Source: an uncultured Dehalococcoidia bacterium (GTDB lineage Bacteria > Chloroflexota > Dehalococcoidia > Lucifugimonadales > CAZENU01). Taken from it: a stretch of DNA of 64,000 nt. Below, piece by piece: positions 32,750 through 42,241 of the stretch. The stretch lies in contig CAZENU010000003.1 in NCBI GenBank assembly GCA_964513735.1, positions 50,736 to 114,735 on the forward strand. Direction: 5' to 3'. The translations under genes were made by a program, and so were the position numbers. Every line of letters starts with the position of its first letter. The first letter of the stretch is position 1. Below the pieces are notes generated by a model. The model was not told the origin of the DNA. It searched no databases and worked only from the letters and a program-made list of their open reading frames with translations.

Positions 32750-34229
32750 GATGGGCGCCGCCGCCGTCGACCGGCTCGATCGCGAGGTGGAAGCCGCCCT
32801 GCGCGGCTCGGCGCCGGCCGCGAAAAAGCTCGTCGTCGCGGTCTCCGGCGGGCCCGATTCACTCGCCCTGCTCCACGCCCTGCTGCACCTGCGCGCCCCA
32901 CTAGGCCTGAAGCTGCACGGCGCGCACCTCAACCACGGCCTGCGAGGCGACGCCGGGGCGAAGGACGCCGCGTTCGTTGCCGACAGCTTCAGCCGGGCGG
33001 GCATCCCCTACGCCGCGGAAAACGCCGATGTCGCATCCTACCGGGCGGCCCACCGGCTTTCGCTGGAGGAGGCCGCACGGGACGTCCGCTACGCGTTCCT
33101 CGCCCGCGTATACGGAGATCAGGGCACCGACGCCGTCGTGCTCGGCCACACGGCGGACGACCAGGCCGAGACAATCCTCATGCACCTGATACGGGGCAGC
33201 GGCCTTAGCGGCCTCCGCGGCATGGAGACCTCCTCCGTACGCCGCGTCGAGGGCTCCGAGGTACCCTTCGTTCGCCCGCTTCTCGATGTGCCACGACAGG
33301 ACACCGAAGCCTACTGCAGTGCTCTCGGACTTGTACCCAGGACCGACGAGTCCAACCGCTCGCCGGACTTCACCCGGAACCGCATCCGGACCGAGCTGCT
33401 GCCGCTGCTTGAGGAGCTGAATCCGGCCGTCAGAAGCGCCCTGGTCCGGCTGTCAAGGACCGCAGCCCGAGAGCTGTCCTATCTCGACGCAGTGGTGGAC
33501 GGCGTGTGGAGCGATGCCTCGGAGCTGCACGACGACCGCGCCATCCTCGACCGGCGGGCGGTCAACCGGCTGGCGCCGGCGCCCCGTGCACACCTGCTGC
33601 GACGCGCCATCGCCGCCGTCAAAAGTGATCTCGACGGCGTCCGGCTGCAGCACATCGACGAGATGATGCGGCTGCTGGAGGGCTCCGCCGGCCGCTTCAC
33701 GCACCTGCCCGGCGGGCTGCGTTTCCACGTCGGCTACGACGACGCCGTTGTCGCGACGGCCGACGCCGAGCTTTGCCCACTACCTCCCCTGGACGGCGAA
33801 CACGAGTTGGCAGTCCCAGGAGAGATGGACATCGGGGACTGGAACGTCATCACCCGGCTTGTAGACCAGCGCATGCGCGGGTCATCACCCACGGACCTCG
33901 TCCGGCCAGCTGCCCCGTTGGGTGGCCTTCGCCAAGCCCCGGTCGAGCTGACGGCCCGTTTGAGCTACCGCGCCGTCGCCGCCCAGGTGACCGTACGATC
34001 ACGGCGGCCCGGAGACCGAGTGCAGCCCCTCGGCATGGCCGGCCACAAGAAGCTCCAGGACTTCATGGTCGACGCGAAGATCCCAGAGTCGTGGCGGGAC
34101 CGTGTCCCGCTGCTCGTCACGCCGCGAGGCATAGCCTGGGTAGCCGGCTATCGCATCGCCAACTGGGCCCGCGTGACGCCCGACGATACCCGGGTCTTCG
34201 AGATCATCCTGCGAAACCAGCACTCCTGA
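32739..34229 (+). CDS. tilS: tRNA(Ile)-lysidine synthase
   Basis: PP-loop VAVSGGPDSLALL, HTADDQAET, and a C-terminal domain with KKLQDFMVDAKIP. The start could be 32739 or the ATG at 32751. Confidence 0.9.
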   Translation: MEPEMGAAAVDRLDREVEAALRGSAPAAKKLVVAVSGGPDSLALLHALLHLRAPLGLKLHGAHLNHGLRGDAGAKDAAFVADSFSRAGIPYAAENADVASYRAAHRLSLEEAARDVRYAFLARVYGDQGTDAVVLGHTADDQAETILMHLIRGSGLSGLRGMETSSVRRVEGSEVPFVRPLLDVPRQDTEAYCSALGLVPRTDESNRSPDFTRNRIRTELLPLLEELNPAVRSALVRLSRTAARELSYLDAVVDGVWSDASELHDDRAILDRRAVNRLAPAPRAHLLRRAIAAVKSDLDGVRLQHIDEMMRLLEGSAGRFTHLPGGLRFHVGYDDAVVATADAELCPLPPLDGEHELAVPGEMDIGDWNVITRLVDQRMRGSSPTDLVRPAAPLGGLRQAPVELTARLSYRAVAAQVTVRSRRPGDRVQPLGMAGHKKLQDFMVDAKIPESWRDRVPLLVTPRGIAWVAGYRIANWARVTPDDTRVFEIILRNQHS

Positions 34230-34249
34230 CGTGGGCGGCAAAGGATGTT

Positions 34250-35382
34250 TCAGGAGCCCTGAATGTTTATCCTGTCATCGCCGGACCTGGCGGCAGACTC
34301 CATCCTGACCAGGTGTTCTCTCATCGAGTAGATGAGTACCCTGTCTGGCAGCTCGGGTGGCTCAACGTGGTCGACGTACATGACGACCAGCTTGATGCGG
34401 GCGTGGGCCAACACGTCCAGGGTGGCGACCATGGCCTCGGTTATCAATGCGGTGCAGAGCACCACGGTCGTGCCGAGAGGAAACCGCGGCCCCTGCTCCG
34501 CCAGGTGATCGGCCATGGGCCCGACAGCCATCGCCGGTATGGTCGCCAGAGCGCCCATCACCTCTCCGAACTGCTCCCGGCCCTGGCCAACAGGCACTCT
34601 CATCGATCGATTCACGTGGACCGCCATGTTGTTGGAGAACAGGCCGAAGGAGTAGTCGCGCTCGGCAACGTGGTTGGCCACGGAGGCCGCGACGGTAATC
34701 ATCCGGTCAAGGTCCTCGGTGTCGTCTATCCCCCAGTAGGGCTCCCGCGTGTCCACCGCCACCGCGATGACCACATTGACTGTCGGGCTAGGGTCGAAGA
34801 TGCGGGCCAGTAGCTTTCGTGCCCTGGCGGTGGCCTTCCAGTCCACCCTGGTCAGCGGGTCGCCCTTCCGGTAGTTCCTGAGGCCGGCGGGCCGGTCCTG
34901 GGCATGACCAGGATGCTGCTTTGGTGCTCTTCCACCTTCCGGGTGCGAATGAACCCGAAGGGGTCGCCGCTCTCTATGATGGCGGGGCCCATCTGGTGCA
35001 GACCCCGCCTGGTGCAACTGATGGTGTAGTCCCACCGGATCCGCTCGTACCAGCCGTTCGACGTGAGGTGGCGCAGGCTCTGGGTCCTGGCGTCGGAGTT
35101 CAGGACCGCGTCGCCTTCCCACACCTCGACCGCATCGGGGAACCGGTCCTCGACCTTGACCCACGCCTGCGGAAGGAGCTTGCGGTTGACCAGTGACACA
35201 GTGATGGGAACAGTCTCGCCGATCTCGGCCCGCTGCCGTCCCACGTCAACGTCGTAGGACAGCTCCTCCAGGGAGACGCGGGACAGGGCGGTCCGGAACG
35301 GTGGGCGTTCGGTCGGCTGCGAGGACCTGCGACGCGACGCGGTGGGGCGGTACCAGCCCCTCGATACGTACCAATGCGACAT
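34250..35382 (-). pseudogene. DUF58-family (VWA-like) protein split by a frameshift, possibly with a deletion, near 34870..34905
   Basis: The N-terminal half (ORF 34852..35382) ends ...GDPFGFIRTRKVEEHQSSILVMPR. The C-terminal half, in another frame, begins GLRNYRKGDPLTRVDWKATARARKLLARIF... The linker between the two conserved blocks is much shorter than I expect for the family. Confidence 0.6.
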
Positions 35383-35492
35383 CGAGACTACTCGGGGTAA
35401 CCGGAGGGACTGGGCGCCCAGGGACCCAGCCTACACCTGCTTTTGCGCCACGCAGGCGAACCCGCCTGGCCGCAGCGGGTTCGAGGCATGGG

Positions 35493-36491
35493 CTACATTA
35501 CCCGCGCGAGCCTCGGGTTGGGCGTCACGCCTGGGATCCTGCCTCTCCGTGCGAACGGCCGCCCGTCGACCTCCTGAATGTCCGCGGCAAACGTGTTCGA
35601 CGGCGACCTCGCGATATACGAGCCCACGCCGAACGTATTGACCGGCGTCTCCGCGGACACGAACTCGCGGATGCGGTCCGGAGTGAATCCGCCGGTCACC
35701 ATGATCTCTACGTGGCGGAAGCCCGCCTGGTCCAGGCGGCTCCGGACCTCTCTGACCAGAGCGATCGTGACGCCCCCCCGCTCGGACGGGGTGTCCATTC
35801 GTACTCCGCGGAGCTTCTCACCCATCACTCTGGCGACGTCTAGAGCCTCCTCGACCTCATCTCGGAAGGTATCCACCAGCGCCACGCGTGGCACCTCCTG
35901 AGGCATGTGCGTGTCGAAGGCCTGCATCGCCGTGACGGTGTCGCCCATCAGCAGCGGTAGCGCGTGGGGCATGTTGCCTGCCGGCGTGACACCTGCCAGC
36001 CGCGCGCCCTGGATGGTCGAGCATGAGACACACCCGCCCACGATGCCAGCGTAGTCCATGTCCGCGGCTACGTTGGGGTGCACGTGCCGGGCGCCCATCG
36101 AGATCACGGGCGTCCCGCCCGCGGCGTCGACGCACTCCTTGGCGGCCGTCGCCCACGCCGTGCTGGACGACATGGCGCCGCAGATCGCGGTCTCATAGAG
36201 GCCCAGCGAGCCATATGGAGCCTTGACCCGGAGGGCCACCTCGCCGGCTTCCACCGTTTCGCCCTCCTCCAGGGCCCAGACCTCTCTGCCGGTCTCCGGA
36301 AGGATTCTGCCGAGAAGGGCCCGGACCTCGGAGATGCCGCAGAACAGGCCGTCCCTTTCGGGGGAGAATTCCATCGCAACCTCGGGGTTGATGCTTTCGT
36401 TGCGAAGGATCGTCAGCGTCCGCTGCAAGTATACGTCGGCGGTATCGCCGACCAGCACCGGCCGTCTGACTTCGAACTCGGTTGTGACCAT
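35493..36491 (-). CDS. nicotinate phosphoribosyltransferase (short, archaeal-type)
   Basis: 332 aa, with DTADVYLQRT, GARHVHP, VALVDTF and GVRMDTPSERGG motifs. Confidence 0.75.
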   Translation of the reverse strand: MVTTEFEVRRPVLVGDTADVYLQRTLTILRNESINPEVAMEFSPERDGLFCGISEVRALLGRILPETGREVWALEEGETVEAGEVALRVKAPYGSLGLYETAICGAMSSSTAWATAAKECVDAAGGTPVISMGARHVHPNVAADMDYAGIVGGCVSCSTIQGARLAGVTPAGNMPHALPLLMGDTVTAMQAFDTHMPQEVPRVALVDTFRDEVEEALDVARVMGEKLRGVRMDTPSERGGVTIALVREVRSRLDQAGFRHVEIMVTGGFTPDRIREFVSAETPVNTFGVGSYIARSPSNTFAADIQEVDGRPFARRGRIPGVTPNPRLARVM

Positions 36492-36562
36492 CTTTACCTA
36501 ACCTCGATTCATGACGCGTGGCGCGCGACCACACGGGTGAGTGCGACGGGGATTATCTACAG

Positions 36563-37103
36563 CTATCGGCTGCCGGCGGTCGCCGTCTCTATCAGCCGGG
36601 CCCCCAGAATCGTCTCCATATGCTTGAGGGCAGCGGCGCGGGCTTCCGGGTCGAAGGTCGCCACACAGTCCACGGGGACCTCCACGATGTAGTCCCGGTT
36701 GCGGGCATCGGCCGCCGTGTGCATCACGCAGATGTCCGTGCAGACGCCGCAGACGATGATCTTTTCGGGCTTCAGTTCCGCCAGACTCTCCTCCAGATCG
36801 GTCCCAAAGAACGCGCTGTACCGTCGCTTCGGAATTACATCTCCCTCGTACCCCGACAGCTCGGGGATGAACCTGGCTTCATCGGTGCCCCGGACGCAGT
36901 GCTCCGGGAACAATCGGAACTCGAGGTCGTCGGGATCGTGGTTGTCGCAGATGAAGAACACCTTGGAGCCGGCGGCCTGCTCGCTCTCGATCAGGTGTCG
37001 AATGTTGGGGATCACCTTGCGGGCGTCGTCACCACAGTATGAGGTTGTGGCCAGGCTCCAGGAAGCCCACCAGCATGTCGACTACAAGCAGGGCGCTGGC
37101 CAT
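36563..37103 (-). pseudogene. pncA: nicotinamidase / isochorismatase-family hydrolase with a 1-nt frameshift near 37035..37040
   Basis: ATG 37103 gives MASALLVVDMLVGFLEPGHNLILW, then TGA at 37029..37031. Dropping one base in CTCATACTG gives ...NLYCGDDARKVIPNIRHLIESEQAAGSKVFFICDNH...IIVCGVCTDICV, a contiguous nicotinamidase with its catalytic Cys. Confidence 0.75.
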
Positions 37104-37267
37104 TCCCGTACTCCACGACATCGGTTCCAGAATGGAACGATATTAACGCGCACCTCTCCAAACTTCAAGCACGGCTCCAACCTGACAAGGGCGCGCGCAC
37201 GTCCCTCAGAACTTTCGTCCCACACCGCGATTGACCGCCATTACCGACCTGGCCTAGAATCCTTGCG

Positions 37268-38569
37268 ATGACCACTGCCACCGACGATGCGGGTACAGGC
37301 TTCGAGAAGACCACCCTCGACAACGGCCTCCGCATCGTCACCAGCTCCATGCCCCATACCCGGTCGGTAACCGCCTGCCTGTTCGTCGGCGTAGGCTCCA
37401 GGTACGAAGACGATGAGCGCGCCGGACTGTCCCACTTCATCGAGCACCTGGTTTTCAAAGGCACCCACCGGAGGCCAGATCCCAGCGACATCAGCGGGCC
37501 CGTAGAGGCCGTCGGCGGCGACATCAACGCCGGCACCGAGCACGAGCTCACGGCCTACTGGAGCAAAGTGCCGGACCAGCACATGGAAGAGAGCCTCGAT
37601 CTCCTCGTCGACATGCTGCGGAACTCCCTCTACAGACACGACGACGTCGAGAAAGAGCGGCTGGTGATATACGACGAGCAGCGCATGATGGAGGACGACC
37701 CCGGCGACCGGGTCGAAGTCCTGATCGACGGGCTCCTCTGGCCCGACCATCCCCTGGGGCGTGAGATCGACGGCACGCGGGAGTCGATAGCCCGGACTAC
37801 GAGGGACGACATCCTCGCCCACGCGGACCGCTTCTACAGCCCCTCGAACATCGTGGTCAGCGTCGCGGGCAAACTGTCGCACGACGCGGTGGTGAGACAG
37901 ATCAGCGAGCTGTGCGGAGATTGGGAACCTCGCGACCTGACCTCGTGGGCCCCCTTCAAAGGCGGCCAGGTCGAGCCTCGACTCGGCCTGGAGTACAGCG
38001 GCACTCAGCAGGCCCATCTGTCCATCGCCGTACCGGGCCCTTCGATGACCGATCCGGACCGGTATGCCCTCGACCTGCTCAGCGTCGTCCTGGGCGAAGG
38101 CATGAGCAGCCGCCTCTTCCTGGAAATCCGGGAGAAGCGCGGACTCGCCTACGACGTCCACAGCGCCGTCGTCTACTTCCGCGACTGCGGCGCTCTGATC
38201 GTGAGCTCAGGCGCCGAGCCGGCCCAGGCCTACACGACGGCCGAGGCCATCCTGGCCGAGATGGGCCGCCTGAGGGAGGGCATTCCTGCTGACGAGGTAG
38301 AGCGGGCCAAACAGCTCGTGGCCGGCCGGCTGCTGCTCCGAATGGAGGACAGCAGGGCTGTCGCGTCGTGGATAGGCGGCCAGGAGATATTCCTTGGGCA
38401 TACGGTCGAGGTCGATCAGGTCGTCGATCACGTCAACGCGGTCACCGCCGAGGAAGTAATGGCAGTGGCCAATCGGCTGCTGGTCCCCGACAAGCTCAGC
38501 ATGGCGGTCGTAGGGCCCCTGAGAGGCCGCAAACGCCTGGAGAAGATCCTCGCCCGGGGGCTTTCTTAG
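37268..38569 (+). CDS. M16-family (pitrilysin/insulinase-like) zinc peptidase
   Basis: 433 aa. It has the inverted zinc motif GLSHFIEHLVFKGT (HxxEH). Confidence 0.9.
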   Translation: MTTATDDAGTGFEKTTLDNGLRIVTSSMPHTRSVTACLFVGVGSRYEDDERAGLSHFIEHLVFKGTHRRPDPSDISGPVEAVGGDINAGTEHELTAYWSKVPDQHMEESLDLLVDMLRNSLYRHDDVEKERLVIYDEQRMMEDDPGDRVEVLIDGLLWPDHPLGREIDGTRESIARTTRDDILAHADRFYSPSNIVVSVAGKLSHDAVVRQISELCGDWEPRDLTSWAPFKGGQVEPRLGLEYSGTQQAHLSIAVPGPSMTDPDRYALDLLSVVLGEGMSSRLFLEIREKRGLAYDVHSAVVYFRDCGALIVSSGAEPAQAYTTAEAILAEMGRLREGIPADEVERAKQLVAGRLLLRMEDSRAVASWIGGQEIFLGHTVEVDQVVDHVNAVTAEEVMAVANRLLVPDKLSMAVVGPLRGRKRLEKILARGLS

Positions 38570-38693
38570 TCCGAGTGAGGGGCGGTCCGTCCTTCGCAAA
38601 GACAGCCCCAGGGCTGGCCTGGGCGACAACAGCCCGGCAGGGCCACTCAAACTGACATCCATGTACCCCCAACTGCGGCGTCCCACCGGGCAC

Positions 38694-38885
38694 TCAGTCC
38701 CTGTGCCGGTGGAAGCCCGCTAGGCCCCCCAGTAGTGCCACAAAAACCGCCAGCTTGAAAGACGCGTACCAGGACAGCGTCTCGGCGGCCAAGCCCTGTT
38801 CAACGGCACCCGGGAACAGGTCCGGGATCGTCCACGCCCACACCAGCTTGATGACGAGCAGCGCCAGTAAGAAAAACCCCACCAT
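38694..38885 (-). CDS. hypothetical small membrane protein (63 aa, two hydrophobic helices)
   Basis: MVGFFLLALLVIKLVWAW... and ...FKLAVFVALLGGLAGF. No family recognised. Confidence 0.4.
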   Translation of the reverse strand: MVGFFLLALLVIKLVWAWTIPDLFPGAVEQGLAAETLSWYASFKLAVFVALLGGLAGFHRHRD

Positions 38886-38953
38886 GAGGGCTCTAATTCC
38901 GGCTCATCCCACCGTGCGGCCCGGCACTGCCAGGAACCACTTCCTCCTGCGCA

Positions 38954-39520
38954 TCATCTCGTCGCTCCACCTCCGGCGCTGCCCTGACAGGCCGTCTCTT
39001 CCTCCAGCTCGACGCACAGCGCCGTCATCACACGGCTCAGCATCGTGTAGTACCCGACAGTCACGACCAGATCCACGGTCCCCTGCCGGCCGAGCAGGTG
39101 CTCGACCGCCTGGTACGTCCGATCGCTCAGCGTCCCGTCTCGGACCAGCTCTCGGGCCGCCTGAGCGAAGACGCCCTCTTTGGCAGGCAGCCCCATGGGA
39201 GCGCGGCCGATGCGAATGGCCTCGATCACCTCGTCGCGCACGCCGGCATCCCTGGCCAGGGACTCGTGATGGGCCCACTCGTAGTCGTTGTCGTGCTCTC
39301 GCGCCGTGCTCAGGACCGCGATCTCGCGCACGATGGGGTCGAGCGTAGACCGGTAGCGCACGTACTCCCCGACCGCGGCGACGACCTCCGTGGCCCCCGG
39401 GCTATTGAACATTGCGCGAAAGACGTTTCTGACACTGCCCCGCGACCCGGCGATGCGGTCGAAGACGTGCCGCTGGTCTTCGGGCAGGTCCGCTCGGTCA
39501 AGGTACGGTACACGCGCCAT
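38954..39520 (-). CDS. carboxymuconolactone decarboxylase (AhpD-like) family protein
   Basis: MARVPYLDRADLPEDQRHVFD..., REIAVLSTAREHDNDYEWAHHE. The start is ATG 39520. Confidence 0.75.
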   Translation of the reverse strand: MARVPYLDRADLPEDQRHVFDRIAGSRGSVRNVFRAMFNSPGATEVVAAVGEYVRYRSTLDPIVREIAVLSTAREHDNDYEWAHHESLARDAGVRDEVIEAIRIGRAPMGLPAKEGVFAQAARELVRDGTLSDRTYQAVEHLLGRQGTVDLVVTVGYYTMLSRVMTALCVELEEETACQGSAGGGATR

Positions 39521-39605
39521 TATGGTCTGCCTCCTTGCCCTATGAGGCGGCGACCGGCGCAGAAATGACTCCAAATACAAGGCATGCTGTCACGGCGGTC
39601 ACTCA

Positions 39606-40262
39606 CTACCGTGCGGCTTTCACCCTGGCAAGCATGTCCGGCGGCAGCGGGAACACCCAGCCGCGGTTCATGATGATGTCGTGCGCCAGTGCTGGCGGTA
39701 TCGCAACGATGATCTCGGGCTCGATGGAGAACCGCCCGTCGAAACCGCCCATCGCGCTCCGGGCGTGCACGCCCGAGAACCCGCCCGGGTCGACGCCGTC
39801 ACTGGCGTAGTTGCTCATACCGCCACCGAATACCGACTGCCACCTGAGCGAGAAGCCGTTGGTCACCTGCGGCCCGACGCTCGCCGCGCCGCCGCCGGGC
39901 GAGACCACCATGCCCAGCGCCTTGACCGTGTACAGCAAGTCGTTCAGGTCACCCTCTCCGCCGCAGCTCAACGCCCAGTGCAGGGTCGTGATCAGCACAT
40001 CGGCCGTGTGCTGAGCCCCCTCGAAACCGTGCTGTATCCGGTCGAGATCGTCGTTCATGGGAAGTGTGCCACCGGCCGTGCCGGACAGGTACAGAAGCCC
40101 GCTGTCGTGGACCACCGCTCCGGCGATGTTGGCCCCTGCCAGTGAGACGACGTGGTCATCGAACGTGCCCAGGTCGATGCCCAGGGTCCGGATCCTCTCA
40201 TACACGTCGAAGTCGCGACGCATCTCATCGGGTATAGACGCCTCGTCGTAGTACTTGCTCAC
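39606..40262 (-). CDS. hypothetical protein, possibly RidA/YjgF-fold
   Basis: 218 aa. LLYLSGTAG and HARSAMGGF...IEPEIIVAI resemble RidA-family segments, but the protein is much longer than typical members. Confidence 0.35.
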   Translation of the reverse strand: MSKYYDEASIPDEMRRDFDVYERIRTLGIDLGTFDDHVVSLAGANIAGAVVHDSGLLYLSGTAGGTLPMNDDLDRIQHGFEGAQHTADVLITTLHWALSCGGEGDLNDLLYTVKALGMVVSPGGGAASVGPQVTNGFSLRWQSVFGGGMSNYASDGVDPGGFSGVHARSAMGGFDGRFSIEPEIIVAIPPALAHDIIMNRGWVFPLPPDMLARVKAAR

Positions 40263-40391
40263 TTCTGCGCTCTCCTCCGTTTGATCGCGTCCAGCCCATC
40301 GTTTTATTTCGGGTCAGACGGGCCGGTTCGGGTCACGTGGGCTACCTTATCACATCTACGGCAAGGGTCTTTTCTGCCGGCATGACGTCGG

Positions 40392-40687
40392 CTAGCCCAG
40401 GTATATCGCCACTCGGGCGTGGGGGAAAAAGACCTCCAGGCTGCCGCCCCGCTCCCGCTGGAGCTGCAGCACGTAGTCGACGTGCTCTGGGTCGCCCTCG
40501 GGCAGTCCGTGGGGCACGGCTGCTGCCTCTCCTCCTGCGGACAGAGGTGCATGTCCACCCGCCGGTCCCAGAACCCGACCAGCCGTATGGGGAAGTAGAG
40601 CGTCTCCGCCGCGTTACGCAGGTCAGCCACGGTCTCGGTGCCCCTGTAGTCACCCTCGGTTCTGATCTCTACTACCACGCGTTCCAA
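40392..40687 (-). pseudogene. small hypothetical gene downstream of thiL, apparently frameshifted
   Basis: The N-terminal frame reads (TTG) ERVVVEIRTEGDYRGTETVADLRNAAETLYFPIRLVGFWDRRVDMHL, then degenerates into Cys/Ser/Thr/Arg-rich text. A second frame reads AVPHGLPEGDPEHVDYVLQLQRERGGSLEVFFPHARVAIYLG and stops at 40392. The total length is not a multiple of 3. Confidence 0.35.
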
Positions 40688-40714
40688 CTGGCCCTGTCTC
40701 CCTGGCCACCGCGG

Positions 40715-41746
40715 CTAGTCCGTCCGAAAGTGGTCCCAGCCGCCGCTCTGGACTTTCACCGGCCTGCCCCGCTCATCGACGACGCTCACGCCCGAGTCGG
40801 CAGGAACGATCTCCCCGATCACCGACACCGGGGTGTCGATCAGCGGCCTCACGGCCTCCACTATCTCGGCCCGGGCGGCAAACAGCAACTCGTAGTCCTC
40901 TCCGCCGCCCAGAGCCAGCGACAGCCACTCGTTCGGGTAAGCGCGGCGCAGGAACCCGTCCGCGGGCAACCGGTCAGATCGGACGATGGCGCCGACGCCG
41001 CTCGCCTTGCACAGCTTACCCAGGTCGTCCATCAGCCCGTCGCTGACGTCTATCACGGCGCTTGCCCCCTGCCGCGCGAGCGCCACGCCTTCGGACAAGC
41101 GCGGCACGGGCCGGATGTGGGCAAGGCGAAGGTGGGACGTCGTCTCCTCGTCGAACCCGAGTCTCTCTCTCAACATCCTCAGGCCGCCCCCGGAGCAGCC
41201 GACATGTCCCGTCACCGCCAGCAAGTCGCCCACGCGGGCGGCGTCCCGGGTAAGCACAGGCTGAGACACAGGGCCGCCGGTTTCCTTCACCTGGGCGTCG
41301 CCGGTCATCGCCACGGACACGAAGAAGGTCGGGCTTTGGACCACGTCGCCTCCCACGAGGGAGCAGCCGTATTCGCCGGACGCGTCCAGCATGCCCTCGT
41401 ACATCTCGATGATTCCGGACACCGGCAAGTCGCCGCGCAGGCCGAGCCCGACCACCGCGTACCCGGGCACGCAGCCCATCGCGGCAACGTCGCTCACGTT
41501 CACCGCCACGCACTTCCAGCCAAGATCGCGCCAGCCCGTGGTTTCGAGGTCGAAGTGGACGGCCTCCACCATCACGTCGTTGAGGAGTATCTCGACGCCA
41601 CCCGGTGCTTCCCAGGCCGCGGCGTCGTCACCGACCGCTACCTTCAGGCGATGGCCCGTGGCGACCGGCCGGCCATGGCCCCGACGGCCGATCGTCTCGA
41701 TCAGAAGCTCGATGAGTTTGAGCTCGCCCATGTCTGTGACTCGCAT
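40715..41746 (-). CDS. thiL: thiamine-monophosphate kinase
   Basis: 343 aa, with GDDAA, VEAVHF, WKCVAVNVSDVAAMG and GGEDYELLF. Confidence 0.9.
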   Translation of the reverse strand: MRVTDMGELKLIELLIETIGRRGHGRPVATGHRLKVAVGDDAAAWEAPGGVEILLNDVMVEAVHFDLETTGWRDLGWKCVAVNVSDVAAMGCVPGYAVVGLGLRGDLPVSGIIEMYEGMLDASGEYGCSLVGGDVVQSPTFFVSVAMTGDAQVKETGGPVSQPVLTRDAARVGDLLAVTGHVGCSGGGLRMLRERLGFDEETTSHLRLAHIRPVPRLSEGVALARQGASAVIDVSDGLMDDLGKLCKASGVGAIVRSDRLPADGFLRRAYPNEWLSLALGGGEDYELLFAARAEIVEAVRPLIDTPVSVIGEIVPADSGVSVVDERGRPVKVQSGGWDHFRTD

Positions 41747-41997
41747 GGTCGGGATTATACCGGCGGGCCGAGCTGCGGCTCAACGAAGCGCCACGAGCAT
41801 GCTCCGTTCACCCCGATATGCCCAAATGGACATCGGGGGGCACACGCGACCGACCTGCCCCGCCTCAACGTGTTGCGGCACGAAGCGGCAGCACGGTGGA
41901 CGAAATACGAACTCCAGGACCCATCGGCGGCGGACCGGCACTATTGTAGAATAACTTTGGGACAGATTCGGGCGGGCCGATCCGCCGGAGGATGGAC

Positions 41998-42144
41998 GTG
42001 GCGCAATTCGACTACGACATGCTGGTCATAGGCTCCGGCCCGGCGGGCAAGAACGCGGCCATCCAATCCGCCAAGCTCGACAAGCGCGCCGAGGGTGTCT
42101 CTCACATAGAACTTCTTACCCCGTTTCTGGCAGGAACTGGGTAA
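41998..42144 (+). pseudogene. FAD-dependent pyridine nucleotide-disulfide oxidoreductase (Lpd/SthA-like), first ~30 residues only
   Basis: GGAGGA, 5 nt, then GTG gives VAQFDYDMLVIGSGPAGKNAAIQSAKLDKRA. The sequence then diverges and stops after 48 codons. Too short for the ORF track. Confidence 0.55.
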
Positions 42145-42241
42145 GAGGAGAGGCTCGAAAAGGTTTTCAGCACCCTGTTAGACTAGAGCCGGCCGCGACG
42201 ACGGACCGGTACCGCCTCACTCCTATGACACAGGAGCGACG

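Noticed and set aside
37241-38161. 306-aa minus-strand ORF
   Set aside because: It is antisense to the M16 peptidase gene, which carries the HxxEH motif. This ORF has no motifs of its own.
40337-42031. 564-aa ORF on the plus strand
   Set aside because: It is antisense to thiL and the small gene behind it. The composition is Arg/Pro/His-rich with no recognisable motif, so it is a shadow ORF.
42145-42241. Molybdenum-cofactor riboswitch in front of the sulfite-oxidase-like gene
   Set aside because: The leader is under 100 nt. It shows only a small hairpin (CTCC-N8-GGAG) over the RBS and lacks the extended Moco-motif architecture as I remember it.
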